A DNA stretch of 63,322 nt, filler included, from Anaerolineae bacterium (GTDB lineage: Bacteria; Chloroflexota; Anaerolineae; Epilineales; Epilineaceae): the NCBI GenBank assembly GCA_029262755.1. It is 6 parts of 6 records of this genome, joined end to end, with 100 filler letters (N's around TTAATTAATTAA, not from the genome) between each part and the next. Parts side by side here need not be neighbours in the genome. Positions count along the whole stretch, not along the records: positions 1 to 8,863 come from JAJCYU010000177.1; positions 8,964 to 29,929 come from JAJCYU010000178.1; 4 more parts are not named here. One strand, 5' to 3'. Every line of letters begins with the position of its first letter. Within the stretch, counting starts at the first letter, position 1. Position numbers and translations under genes: made by a program. This document shows positions 1 to 10,581 of this stretch, one piece after another. The notes beneath the pieces are model-generated. The model was not told the DNA's origin. It made no database searches and saw only the letters and a program-made list of their open reading frames with translations.

Positions 1-49
1 TCAGACCGGCGAGCGCGGCGAGCGCGAGGAGGGCAACGCGAATCAACAT
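1..49 (-). CDS. Possible 5' end of a secreted protein running off the window
   Basis: ATG at 49 gives MLIRVALLALAALAGL..., a signal-peptide-like N-terminus; only 16 codons are visible. Confidence 0.35.
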   Translation of the reverse strand, partial: MLIRVALLALAALAGL

Positions 50-361
50 GCGGGCAGTGTAGGCGCAGGCGCGGATCAAACAAACACCACCCACACAGTG
101 TGACGCCCATCACACTACGATCATCGCCGCAGGCCCTACGCTGTGTCTGACGGTGGACCTCGGTCGGAATCGGCGCCGCAGCCAACCCCGCACTCTTGAT
201 TCAATCGCGTCCGTGGCAATCGAACCCAACAACCAAGCCGCCACGGACGCCACCGTCACATCGAGTATCAGTGCCGAGTACCGAGTACCGGGATCTCGCG
301 ATCCCACCCTACAAGGCAGCGACGCGGAGGCCGGCGACACCGCCTTCGCGGCTCACACACA

Positions 362-505
362 GGCGGTCGTCGGCCCCCTCGCGGGTCGGAGGGCAGGCCG
401 ACCCCGAAGCGCGCACCTGGGGGGGAGCGCTGGGGCCGACGAACCGCCACCTCCTCCTTGGGAGAACGGGGCCTCCGACAATCGTCGGGGGCCTCGTTCC
501 TGTTC
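362..505 (+). ncRNA. Candidate structured small RNA with anti-SD-like motif and terminator-like hairpin
   Basis: Stem 362-377/432-448, inner hairpin 383-389/398-404, ACCTCCTCCTT at 449-459, and a 16-bp hairpin 464-479/484-499 whose two non-Watson-Crick pairs are G-U on the + strand. Confidence 0.45.
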
Positions 506-641
506 CCGCTGCCGATTACGCTCTCCGCCCCCCTCCAGCACGATGCAGCATAGAAGTGCGCGAATGGGGATCGATCCTGTGCTCGACCGCGTCGTTGCGC
601 CGGTGAGCGACGTGGCGTCCGCCTGGTGATACCATCCCGCC

Positions 642-1700
<1,059 letters not shown>

Positions 1701-1778
1701 CGACCGTACGAACTCCGATCGCGATCGCACGGCCGCGATCGTGCGGTCACCACCCCACCTCACCCCCAGGATGACGAC

Positions 1779-3200
1779 ATGGCCCTCCCAACCTCCGTGC
1801 CCATCATCACGTCCGGCGACGGGACGCGCGTAGAGCGCGACTCGCTCGGCTCGCGCGAGGTGCCGAATGCGGCGCTATACGGCATCCAGACCCTGCGCGC
1901 GCTGGAGAACTTCACGATCACCCGCGTGCCCATCGCCCACTTTCCCGACCTCGTGATCGGCCTCGCGCTGGTCAAGCAGGCGGCCGCGCGTGCGAACCGC
2001 GAGCTGGGCGAGCTGAAGGACGATGTGGCGGTGGCCATCGACGCCGCGTGCGCGGAGATCGCGTCGGGCAAGCACCACGCGCACTTCGTGGTCGACATGA
2101 TCCAGGGCGGTGCCGGCACCTCGACGAACATGAACGCCAACGAGGTCATCGCGAACCGCGCGTTGGAGAAGCTCGGCTACGAGCGTGGCGACTACGCGCA
2201 CTGCCACCCGAACAACCACGTCAACCGGTCGCAGTCCACGAACGATGTCTATCCGACCGCCATGAAGGTCGCGATCCTGCGCTATCACCGCACGTTGGTG
2301 CGCGTCCTCGGCCAGCTGATCGACTCCCTCGCCGCCAAGGCCGAGGAGTTCGCGGACGTACTGAAGATGGGCCGCACCCAGTTGCAGGACGCCGTGCCGA
2401 TGACCCTGGGCCAGGAGATCTCGGCCTGGGCCGAGACGCTACGCGAGGAGGTCGAGCGCCTGGACGTCAACGTCCGCCTGTTCCATGAGGTGAACTTGGG
2501 CGGCACCGCCATCGGCACGGGTCTCAACGCGGATCCGCGCTACGCTACGCGCGCGGTGGCACACCTTGCCCAGCTGTCCGGCATGCCGATCACGCTGGCC
2601 AAGGACCTCGTCGAGGCTACGCAGGACACGGGCAGCTTCGTAATGTACGCCTCGTCGCTCAAGCGCCTGGCCGTGAAGCTCTCCAAGATCAGCAACGATC
2701 TGCGCCTGCTCTCCTCCGGCCCGCGCGCCGGCATCGGGGAGCTGAAGCTGCCTGCCGTCCAGCCCGGCTCGACGATCATGCCGGGCAAGGTCAACCCGGT
2801 GATCCCGGAAGTGGTCAACCAGGTCTGCTTCAAGGTCATCGGCAACGACCTGGTCGTCACCCTGGCCGCGGAAGGTGGGCAGCTTCAGCTGAACGCCTTC
2901 GAGCCCGTCATCGTCCACAGCCTCTTCGAGTCGATGGGCATGTTGGCCAACGCCATGGACACCCTACGCATTCGCTGCATCGACGGCCTTGAGGTCGATC
3001 GCGAGCGCACCCGTTTCCTCGTGGAGCGCTCGATCGGCATCGTGACCGCCCTCGTCCCCGAACTCGGCTACGACGTATGTGCCGAGCTCGCGCACGAAGC
3101 ACTCGAGACGGATCGTGGCATCTTGGAGTTGGTGCTGGAGCGGGGCTTGATGGACCAGGACCGGCTGGAGGCGCTGCTGGCACCGGAGAGCATGGTCTAA
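1779..3200 (+). CDS. aspA: Aspartate ammonia-lyase (fumarase/aspartase family)
   Basis: YGIQTLRALENF, QGGAGTSTNMNANEVIAN, SQSTNDVYPT, KMGRTQLQDAVP, GSTIMPGKVNPV, GQLQLNAFEP. Confidence 0.93.
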   Translation: MALPTSVPIITSGDGTRVERDSLGSREVPNAALYGIQTLRALENFTITRVPIAHFPDLVIGLALVKQAAARANRELGELKDDVAVAIDAACAEIASGKHHAHFVVDMIQGGAGTSTNMNANEVIANRALEKLGYERGDYAHCHPNNHVNRSQSTNDVYPTAMKVAILRYHRTLVRVLGQLIDSLAAKAEEFADVLKMGRTQLQDAVPMTLGQEISAWAETLREEVERLDVNVRLFHEVNLGGTAIGTGLNADPRYATRAVAHLAQLSGMPITLAKDLVEATQDTGSFVMYASSLKRLAVKLSKISNDLRLLSSGPRAGIGELKLPAVQPGSTIMPGKVNPVIPEVVNQVCFKVIGNDLVVTLAAEGGQLQLNAFEPVIVHSLFESMGMLANAMDTLRIRCIDGLEVDRERTRFLVERSIGIVTALVPELGYDVCAELAHEALETDRGILELVLERGLMDQDRLEALLAPESMV

Positions 3201-3314
3201 GAGCCCTCGTTCTTCAGCCGAAACCGCCCGTGGCATAGTTTCGTCGAGACGAGATGCCGAGTCGGAATGCCGATCCGGAGCTTCTTGTTGCACCTAGAAC
3301 GCGAGGCGAACGCC

Positions 3315-6300
3315 ATGGCATCCATCTCCATCCTCCCACCCAGGCTGGTTCGCGCCGCGGCCGTGGCCGTTCTCGTCGTCGCATCGGTGCTCCAATCCGC
3401 CGCCGCGCCGGCCGCAGCACAGACGGGTCCTGGTCCGCTCGACGTCTCCGAGCCCCCCACCGGCGAGCTCTGGGTGCAGAACCTCGCGCCCAACCCTGGC
3501 TTGCAGAACCTCGCGCTCGGCCTCTTCGACGACGCCGGCCGGACGTCGTTCCCCCCCATCGGCCTCCTGCCCAGCCCGCGCAGCAACGACCTGCTTTGGA
3601 CGGGCCAGCTGCGCGCCTCGCTCGCCGACGGCTCCTACGGTGTCCACATGCGCTCCTCCGCGCAGCCGGAGTTCCCGAGCGTCGCCGTGGTGCGCAACGA
3701 ATGGCCGGCTAGCGGCGCCGCTGCCCTCTACGCGGCGCAGCCCGGCGCCCAGGAAGTGCTCGTGCCCCTGGTTGCGCGTCAGGTCGGCCCCTCCGGCCTG
3801 AGCTCGCGTGTGCACATCCAGAACCTGCACGTGAGCCAGCGCAAGGATGTGCAGATCACGGTCTACGCCATGGCGACGGGCGCGGAGGCCGTGACCTTTG
3901 TGCGCACGATGCCGTGGGGCGCTTCAATCACGCTCGACTTCGCAACGGACCCCAGCCTCGTCCACCTGCCAGAGAACTTCATTGGCACCCTGACCGCCCG
4001 TGCCGAGACCGGACAGCGCATCACGGCCGTGTCCACCGGGCCGCTGCGCAACCGCGCGCGCGGCGTCTTTGCGATCCCCGCCCTCGCCCCCGACGCCTTC
4101 GACACGACGCTATACCACCCCCGCTACGTCACGCGGCGCGCCGAGCAGCGGCGCAACGGCACCACGGTGACGACCTCTACATGGCTATCGGTCGCCAACC
4201 CGAACCCCAATCCCATCGATGTGAACGTCACACTCTTCGGCTCCGACGAGCCGGGCAACACCTGCGCCGGCCAGACCTTCTTGCACTCCGCGTCGCCGGC
4301 CACCATCCCAGGACACGGCCTGACCTCGTTCCTGAACGGGCTACCGGACAACTGCGCGGCGAGCGTCCTGATCGAAGCGAGCGCACCCGTTGCCGCCACG
4401 GCGATCGAGTCGGCCACGGACGGTTCGCTCACCGCCGCGACGATGGCCGTCGGCGCCTCCATCGCCCAACGGGACGCGCACCTGCCGCTCGTGCGCCATG
4501 ACTACGACGACCTGAGCACGAGCGTCCACGTTGTGAACGCCTCCTCCGAGGCAGCCGTGGCCACGCTCACCCTGACCTACGTCGCCGACAGCACGACCAA
4601 GTCGTCGACGCGTACGGTTCCGCTCGCGGGCGGCGCGTCGGCCCGCTGGGATATGTGGGAACCCGACGCCATGCCGCCGGGCTCGGTCGGCACGGTGCGC
4701 GTGCGCTCGAACAAGACGGACGCGCCGATGACGGCCATCGCCCGCGAGAGCTCGGACCGCGGCCTCAAGGACGATGCCGCCTACAACAGCCTCACGGTGC
4801 CCGTCGGCGTGGACATGCCCCCCGCGCCAGACCCCTTCTTCCCCTCCCAACACGCGCCGCTGCTGCATTACTCGGGCGTCTACGACCTCGGCCTGATCGC
4901 AACCGGCACCACGGAGGCGGAGCGCCAGCGCATCCACACCACGCTCAACGACCAGGCCTGGCAATACGCCAAGCGCACGGGCGTCACGGTGGCGGTGGCC
5001 GTCGTGCCCTACGTGATCGACGGGCTGCCCTACCAGGACTGGCTCGCCGCCCAGATGGACACCGGCTTCCCCGATTTACCCATCCGCGCCCGCACCTGGG
5101 TCGCCGGCCTGGAGTACAACGGCGTCACGCGCTTCGGCCGCGCGGGCAAGCTCCTGCCGGTCGACGCCGGCACCTTCCCGACCCGCGGTGACTTCCTCGA
5201 AGACGCCTGGGAGGCCAACCTGGTCCTCGGCAACGACCGCCCGGCCGCCGTCCCATGGCTACGCATCGGCTGCGCGCCGAGCTACCGCAGCCTCGCCGTC
5301 GTCACCGGCGCCAAGGACGTCGTCCAGGGCAACGAGCTTATGGCCTGGCTGACCGCCCCCGACCAACAGCGCCAGAACTACGCGCCGACGATCCCCGGCC
5401 GCACCCGCATCGGCCTGCCCACCCGCGCCCCCCTCTACGCCGACCTCGCCATCGATTGCGGCGACGCCCCCGAAGTCCTGCGCACAGCGCCCGACTCCGT
5501 CGCCGAGGTCGTCGACGAGGCCGACGCCGCCGCCGACTCCGTGGCCGCCGCCCTCGCCGCGCTACAAGTCGACGCCCTAGGCGACGCCGCCAACCCGGCC
5601 AAGGCCGTCGGCGTCCCGGCGGGCGCCCAGTTCGTCCTCGCCCAACCGATGCTCGACACCCTCACCGACGCAGAGATCCGCACCCGCCTGCGCTCCGACG
5701 CCGGCCTGGTCGTCGGCGTCCTCACAGTCCGCGAATCCCCCCCACCCACGAGCACCCCCGTCCCAACGGCGACCTCGACAACCGTCCCGACCGCAACGTC
5801 CACCGTAACGCCGACCGCCACCGCGGAGCCAGTGACCCCAACGCCCACCGACGATCCGCTCCCGCCGTCCGCCACGCCGACCGCGACCGCCACGGACGAC
5901 GCCCCCTCGCCCACCCCGGACGGCGAACCGCCGACCGCTACGCCGACACCGGACGATGGCGCGACCGTGACGCCGACGCCAGAGGACGTCCCACCCACGG
6001 CGACCCCCACCGACGAAGGCGCGACACCGACGCCGGACGGCACCCCGACTGGCCCGATCTATCTGCCCTACGTATTGCGCAACTACGATCCGTCGATCGG
6101 CAGCGTCGTAGCAAGCGGCGAGAGACGTGAGGGCACGGTCGCGAGGCACGTGCGTATCGCGGGTGGGGTCGATACCGCGGGGCACGCCGCGGATGCACGT
6201 CCGGTCGACGGCGCGCGTTCGGTCGCGAGCGAGCGTTCGGTTGACGGCGCGCGTCCGACTGCAGGCGAGCGTTCGACTGCAGGCGAGCGTTCGGTCGACG

Positions 6301-6812
6301 TCGCGAGGCCGGTCGATTCCGCGCGTCAGACTGCAAGCGAGCGTCCGGCCGACACCGCGCGGCCGGTCGACAGTGGGCGTCCGGTCGCCAGCGCGCGTTC
6401 GGTCGACAGCGCACGTTCGGTCGACAGCGCGCGTCCGGTCGACACCGCGCGTTCGGTCGACAGTGGGCGGCCGGTTGTCTCGACGTTCGCCGCGTCACCC
6501 GCGCTCAAGCGATTGCGCGCCGCCGTCCGTCCTGCCGCGAGCAACGCTCTCGCCGCCACAGCGCAGGTCACTTCCACGACGGTCATCGTGGTCTGGAAGG
6601 AGACCTCGCCGGGCGTCATCTCCACCACGCTCGTCGCCGACGACGGCATATCGCCGATCGCTCCCGCCACGCTGCGCATGGCCGTACCGGTTCCGGTTGA
6701 GTCTGGATTCCCGGGCGGAGGCGCGGAGCCGGAGGTGTGGATTGAGACCGGGTCGACGATCTATTGTTTCGCACAAGGCTCGAACCGGGGATGTCTTAGA
6801 TTCGAGGATTGA
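3315..6812 (+). CDS. Large secreted multidomain protein with Pro/Thr linker, internal IYLPYVLR motif and hexapeptide repeats
   Basis: Signal peptide (AAAVAVLVVASVLQSAAAPAAAQ), repeated beta-rich modules (VHIQN/LSVAN/VHVVN), long PT/AT linker, GC-rich third positions; start could be 3267 or 3315. Confidence 0.8.
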   Translation: MASISILPPRLVRAAAVAVLVVASVLQSAAAPAAAQTGPGPLDVSEPPTGELWVQNLAPNPGLQNLALGLFDDAGRTSFPPIGLLPSPRSNDLLWTGQLRASLADGSYGVHMRSSAQPEFPSVAVVRNEWPASGAAALYAAQPGAQEVLVPLVARQVGPSGLSSRVHIQNLHVSQRKDVQITVYAMATGAEAVTFVRTMPWGASITLDFATDPSLVHLPENFIGTLTARAETGQRITAVSTGPLRNRARGVFAIPALAPDAFDTTLYHPRYVTRRAEQRRNGTTVTTSTWLSVANPNPNPIDVNVTLFGSDEPGNTCAGQTFLHSASPATIPGHGLTSFLNGLPDNCAASVLIEASAPVAATAIESATDGSLTAATMAVGASIAQRDAHLPLVRHDYDDLSTSVHVVNASSEAAVATLTLTYVADSTTKSSTRTVPLAGGASARWDMWEPDAMPPGSVGTVRVRSNKTDAPMTAIARESSDRGLKDDAAYNSLTVPVGVDMPPAPDPFFPSQHAPLLHYSGVYDLGLIATGTTEAERQRIHTTLNDQAWQYAKRTGVTVAVAVVPYVIDGLPYQDWLAAQMDTGFPDLPIRARTWVAGLEYNGVTRFGRAGKLLPVDAGTFPTRGDFLEDAWEANLVLGNDRPAAVPWLRIGCAPSYRSLAVVTGAKDVVQGNELMAWLTAPDQQRQNYAPTIPGRTRIGLPTRAPLYADLAIDCGDAPEVLRTAPDSVAEVVDEADAAADSVAAALAALQVDALGDAANPAKAVGVPAGAQFVLAQPMLDTLTDAEIRTRLRSDAGLVVGVLTVRESPPPTSTPVPTATSTTVPTATSTVTPTATAEPVTPTPTDDPLPPSATPTATATDDAPSPTPDGEPPTATPTPDDGATVTPTPEDVPPTATPTDEGATPTPDGTPTGPIYLPYVLRNYDPSIGSVVASGERREGTVARHVRIAGGVDTAGHAADARPVDGARSVASERSVDGARPTAGERSTAGERSVDVARPVDSARQTASERPADTARPVDSGRPVASARSVDSARSVDSARPVDTARSVDSGRPVVSTFAASPALKRLRAAVRPAASNALAATAQVTSTTVIVVWKETSPGVISTTLVADDGISPIAPATLRMAVPVPVESGFPGGGAEPEVWIETGSTIYCFAQGSNRGCLRFED
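6194..6480 (+). repeat. Degenerate 18-bp coding tandem repeat, about 16 copies
   Basis: Units like GCGCGTTCGGTCGACAGC encoding (A/E/G)R(S/P)V(D/A)(S/G/T). Confidence 0.85.
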
Positions 6813-6813
6813 T

Positions 6814-8862
6814 TCAACCGCGCGCGAGCCTGAAGCCGATGTATTCGGCAATGAGCGTCGCATGATTTGAGTCTCGGAGCCCCGTTCGTACGCCGTCATT
6901 CAGATCGCGCCAGCCACCTCCTCGCACGACCCTATATGGTGCGCCCGCGGCACTCTCGTTCTCTCGACCGTCCGCAGCGATGTACGGATAGGCAAGCGCT
7001 GTATCAGACGGCGAAGAGCCGAAAGCCGTGCTTGTCCAGTCCGCGGTGTTGCCGCTGAGATCGGCGACTCCCTCTGGCGTCGCGCCGCCGGGGAAGAGTT
7101 CGGCCGGCGTAGGGCGGCGAACGTGGGAGTTCAGGACATTGCCCTGCATGGAGTTGAATGCGTCGCCCCATGCGTACAAGCGCTTCGCGGACCCGCCGGC
7201 AGCCGCCTCCCACTCGACCTCGGTCGGCAGACGATACGAAACGCCGGCTTGCCTGGTCAGCCACCGCGCATAGGCGACCGCCTCGTACCAGGTCACCCCT
7301 ACGACCGGCTGAGCCGGATGGTTGTAGCGACTGTCGTGCCAAAATCGGGGAACTGTAATCCGGCCCCCCGGATATAGTGCGCGGAGGTGATCAGCGAAAT
7401 CCGCGTCTGACATCTCAATGCGTTCGCGCCAGCGTTCAAACTCTTCTTCTGTATAAGCACCCGACTGGAATATCGACTTCAAGCGGTCAGGACGCTGGAC
7501 GTACAGGTTGCGGAACAAGGTGATAGACGCGTGCTTTCCCGCCGCCGTCGTCTCCCCCCGCCGCCAGGCCTTCGCGTCCTCCGTCGTCCACCAGCGCTCG
7601 TCCTCATACCCACCTGCTTCGATGAAGCAGGCGTATTCCGCGTTCGTTACCGCGAATTGGGCGAGGGCGAAGGGGGCGATCTCGACTTCGTGGCGGGGGA
7701 CGTGGGCGTCGGTGGTGATGCCGTAGATTTCGTAGGGTTCGTCGTCGCCGATGGGGTAGGTGCCGCCGGGGATGTCGATCATGGGCGGCAGGAGGTAGCG
7801 GTCGCCTTCGGGGCCATCGCCGGGGGTCAGGCGGGGGTCGCCCAAGTCGCCGAGGGCGAAGCCGGCCGCGATGCGCTCGCGTAGGTCGGCGTCGGGGTCG
7901 CGGCTGCGGTCGAGCAGGGCGTGGCGCAGCGTGTCGAGCAGCGTGGCGGGCAGGCGCGAGCGCACTTCGGCCTGGGCGGCGCAGCGGGCGGCCACGACGA
8001 GGTTCGCGTCGATCAGGCCCGTGACGAAGGCCGCCGGGTCGTCTGCCATGGCTGATGCGAGGACCATCGTTTCCTCCCAGCCCGTCGAGGGCAGGGGCGG
8101 CAGCGGGTCGGCCGGATCCAGGCCGGCGATGACCTCCTCGACGGTCGGGCTCACCGCGTCCGCGCGCCACGGGCGCTGGACGAGGGCGGGATCGGGGTCG
8201 GCCGCGACGTGGCGGGCGGCGAAGTACTCCTGGACGAGCTGGTGGATGTACATCAGCTCACCGGCCGCTTCGTCCTCGTCGAGCACGGCGAGGGCGGCGC
8301 CCGCGGCGACGATGCGCTCGTCGGCCTCGTGGTCGAGCAGGTCGAGCGCGTCGTCGAAATCGACCCGGACCTGCGTGTGCTCGCCGTCGATGCGGGCCTC
8401 TTGCATGGCGTGGGCGAGGTTCGACAGCTTCGGCACGAGCAGGCCGCGCTCGGGCAGGTCCCACGGCGTCTTCCAGCGCCAGTTGGTGAGGCGGCGCAGG
8501 TCGCGGCTGGCCAACAGCTCGCCGCTCTCGAAGAGCGGGTTGTCGCGCTCGATCTCGCGACGGAGGGCCTGGCGCACGAAGCCCGTGAAGAGCCCGGCGC
8601 GGCCGGCGGGCATCTCGCCGGAGGCCTCGACCTGCTCCACGAGGAGCGAAAGGAAGTAGGGGCTGCGCAGGACCTCCAGTTGCGGCCGGCCGGCCAGGCC
8701 CTGCCAGATCTCACGCCAGCGCGACGGACTGTAGAGCTGCAGGAAGTCGCGGACCTGGTCGTCGGACAGGGCCTCGATACGGATCTGGGGCACCCGCAGC
8801 TCGGGGGAGGACAGCGACTGGCTGTAGTCCAAGGCGCGGCAGCTGAAGACGACGCGGTTGCC
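6814..8862 (-). CDS. NACHT-type NTPase with C-terminal FGE-sulfatase (SUMF1-like, C-type lectin fold) domain; 5' truncated by gap
   Basis: Frame is open to the gap (GNRVVFSCRALDY, NACHT sensor region; RSPYFL); FGE motifs FAVTNAEY, QPVVGVTWYEA, YRLPTEVEWEAAA, DLSGN, RVVRGGGW, IGFRLAR. Confidence 0.88.
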   Translation of the reverse strand, partial: GNRVVFSCRALDYSQSLSSPELRVPQIRIEALSDDQVRDFLQLYSPSRWREIWQGLAGRPQLEVLRSPYFLSLLVEQVEASGEMPAGRAGLFTGFVRQALRREIERDNPLFESGELLASRDLRRLTNWRWKTPWDLPERGLLVPKLSNLAHAMQEARIDGEHTQVRVDFDDALDLLDHEADERIVAAGAALAVLDEDEAAGELMYIHQLVQEYFAARHVAADPDPALVQRPWRADAVSPTVEEVIAGLDPADPLPPLPSTGWEETMVLASAMADDPAAFVTGLIDANLVVAARCAAQAEVRSRLPATLLDTLRHALLDRSRDPDADLRERIAAGFALGDLGDPRLTPGDGPEGDRYLLPPMIDIPGGTYPIGDDEPYEIYGITTDAHVPRHEVEIAPFALAQFAVTNAEYACFIEAGGYEDERWWTTEDAKAWRRGETTAAGKHASITLFRNLYVQRPDRLKSIFQSGAYTEEEFERWRERIEMSDADFADHLRALYPGGRITVPRFWHDSRYNHPAQPVVGVTWYEAVAYARWLTRQAGVSYRLPTEVEWEAAAGGSAKRLYAWGDAFNSMQGNVLNSHVRRPTPAELFPGGATPEGVADLSGNTADWTSTAFGSSPSDTALAYPYIAADGRENESAAGAPYRVVRGGGWRDLNDGVRTGLRDSNHATLIAEYIGFRLARG

Positions 8863-8863
8863 G

Positions 8864-8963
8864 NNNNNNNNNNNNNNNNNNNNNNNNNNNNNNNNNNNNN
8901 NNNNNNNTTAATTAATTAANNNNNNNNNNNNNNNNNNNNNNNNNNNNNNNNNNNNNNNNNNNN
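8864..8963. other. Artificial contig spacer
   Basis: 100 bp of N containing TTAATTAATTAA (stops in all six frames). Confidence 0.99.
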
Positions 8964-8964
8964 T

Positions 8965-9237
8965 GTGATCTGGGCCGACAACGCCCCGGCGGAAGGCCCC
9001 GACCACGCTCCCTTTCGCCTTCGCCGCCGCGGCGAAGCCCTCTTCCTGGCCTCCCAAAACGCCATCGTCGACGCGATCGACTACCCCGAAGTACCCGAAG
9101 GCGCGAGCTACGGCCGCCGCTGGGACGGAGCCGCTGCCTGGGACGGCTGCTTCACCCCCACGCCGGGCCGCGCAAACGGCTGCTGGGGCGCGACCGGCGA
9201 TCCGCTGTGGCTGCCGTTCGGGGTGGTCGGGCGCTAG
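8965..9237 (+). CDS. C-terminal fragment of a lamin-tail-domain protein
   Basis: IWAD..GPDHAPFRL..GEALFL..VDAIDY..SYGR..PTPGRAN resembles lamin-tail domains; ends in LWLPF motif; 5' truncated. Confidence 0.75.
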   Translation: MIWADNAPAEGPDHAPFRLRRRGEALFLASQNAIVDAIDYPEVPEGASYGRRWDGAAAWDGCFTPTPGRANGCWGATGDPLWLPFGVVGR

Positions 9238-9348
9238 CGGGCGAGCGGGACCCTGGTCATGGTTGGGCGGAATGTTCGGAGTTCGGCAACCGTGACCGTG
9301 AACCGTTAGAGCGCCCGAACTCGATCCGGCTGCACATTGTCCGCAGCT

Positions 9349-9498
9349 CTAGGCCGTTCCCACCGCGCCTAGCAACGGCATCGTCATCTGCCGCTGTGTC
9401 AGCCACGCCACACCGTCCGCGGTGACGCGCACCATCTCCTCGATGCCTAGGTAACCGCGCCCCTCGACGACGACGCCCAACTCCACGGTGTAGACCTC
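9349..9498 (-). pseudogene. C-terminal remnant of an M24 (Xaa-Pro) aminopeptidase
   Basis: EVYTVELGVVVEGRGYLGIEEMVRVTADGVAWLT matches the M24 C-terminus; no matching N-terminal part upstream. Confidence 0.65.
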
Positions 9499-9836
9499 TG
9501 ATGCGGACGATTCGGCTGCAGCGGCTGGTACGTCGGCGCGAACGTGGCGCAAAGGTACCACGTTGATGGCGGGGACGGGGTCGCCATGGTGCGACGAGCG
9601 CGGGTAGCATGCAAGGGGATCACGACTCTTCACGGCTGCGGTCGAACCCGACGATGTAGACGTCCTTACGTTGACCGCATCGGCATCGGCATCAGACATC
9701 GACGTCGGCCCCGAAATCAGCATCGATTCAGGCATCGGCGCAGGCTACAGCGAAGTGCTAGCAGAGTGCTTGCACGCACGCTAACCCATCGCTAGGCTGT
9801 GACCAGACACACGAGAGGTCCGCGATGGGAGTTTGC

Positions 9837-10061
9837 ATGGCCACGATCACGATCCGCCGGGTTCCGGACGACGTCATCGGCCGCATCAAGGAGTCCGCAG
9901 CGAGGCGCGGCCATTCCATGGAGGAGGAGGTGCGCGAGCTCCTGCGGCAACGCTACGCCGAACGCGCCGAGACCGTGGCCCGAATGCGCGGTCGATGGTC
10001 CAAGCTGAATTCTCCATCGGCCGAAGATATCGAGTCTTGGATCGGCACGGGACGTGATTGA
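9837..10061 (+). CDS. FitA-like ribbon-helix-helix antitoxin
   Basis: MATITIRRVPDDV..IKESAARRGHSMEEEVRELL; directly upstream of a PIN gene. Confidence 0.88.
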   Translation: MATITIRRVPDDVIGRIKESAARRGHSMEEEVRELLRQRYAERAETVARMRGRWSKLNSPSAEDIESWIGTGRD

Positions 10062-10064
10062 TCG

Positions 10065-10484
10065 ATGGACATCGTCCTAGACACCAATGTCCTTGCGTAC
10101 GCGTTGCTCGGCGTGCCGCGTCATGGCGCTACAGCAACACGGCTCCTATCCGCGGCGCAAGCGATCGTCGTGCCTGACGTTTTGCGCGCGGAGCTCGCCA
10201 ACGTCCTATGGCAGTGGGCGCGATCTTCTCACGTCGCCCCGTCCACGGCATTGGCGCTGCTGGATGACGCGGAAGCGCTGCTGAGTGAGGTCGTGCCCTC
10301 GGATCATCTGTGGACGGAGGCGCTGCTGCTGGCCATGGATGCCGACCACCCCGTCTACGACACGCTCTTCGTCGCGCTGGCGCGCCAACGCGGCATTCCG
10401 GTTGTCACCCACGACCGCGCTTTGCTGCGGCGCTTTCCCGACCACACTGTTTCGCCGACGCGCTTCTTGGCCACGGTTTCGTAG
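10065..10484 (+). CDS. vapC: VapC/FitB-type PIN domain toxin
   Basis: IVLDTNVL, ELANVLW, VYDTLFVALA, VVTHD acidic PIN residues. Confidence 0.9.
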   Translation: MDIVLDTNVLAYALLGVPRHGATATRLLSAAQAIVVPDVLRAELANVLWQWARSSHVAPSTALALLDDAEALLSEVVPSDHLWTEALLLAMDADHPVYDTLFVALARQRGIPVVTHDRALLRRFPDHTVSPTRFLATVS

Positions 10485-10581
10485 GTCGCCGATTCACCGG
10501 GCCTGCGCAGGGTGCGTCGCAGCGCGGCACCCGTGACTTCGTTGCGACAGTCCATGTCCTTCGCGAAACACGAGTGATCAT

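Noticed and set aside
6194..6480. CRISPR-like array
   Set aside because: Contiguous degenerate 18-bp in-frame coding repeats with no unique spacers and no cas genes.
6814..6930. Complete diversity-generating retroelement
   Set aside because: The target-like domain is present, but no template repeat or reverse transcriptase was seen in the window.
8864..8963. TTAATTAATTAA within N runs (five occurrences) as a biological repeat
   Set aside because: Identical 100-bp artificial spacers used to join contigs.
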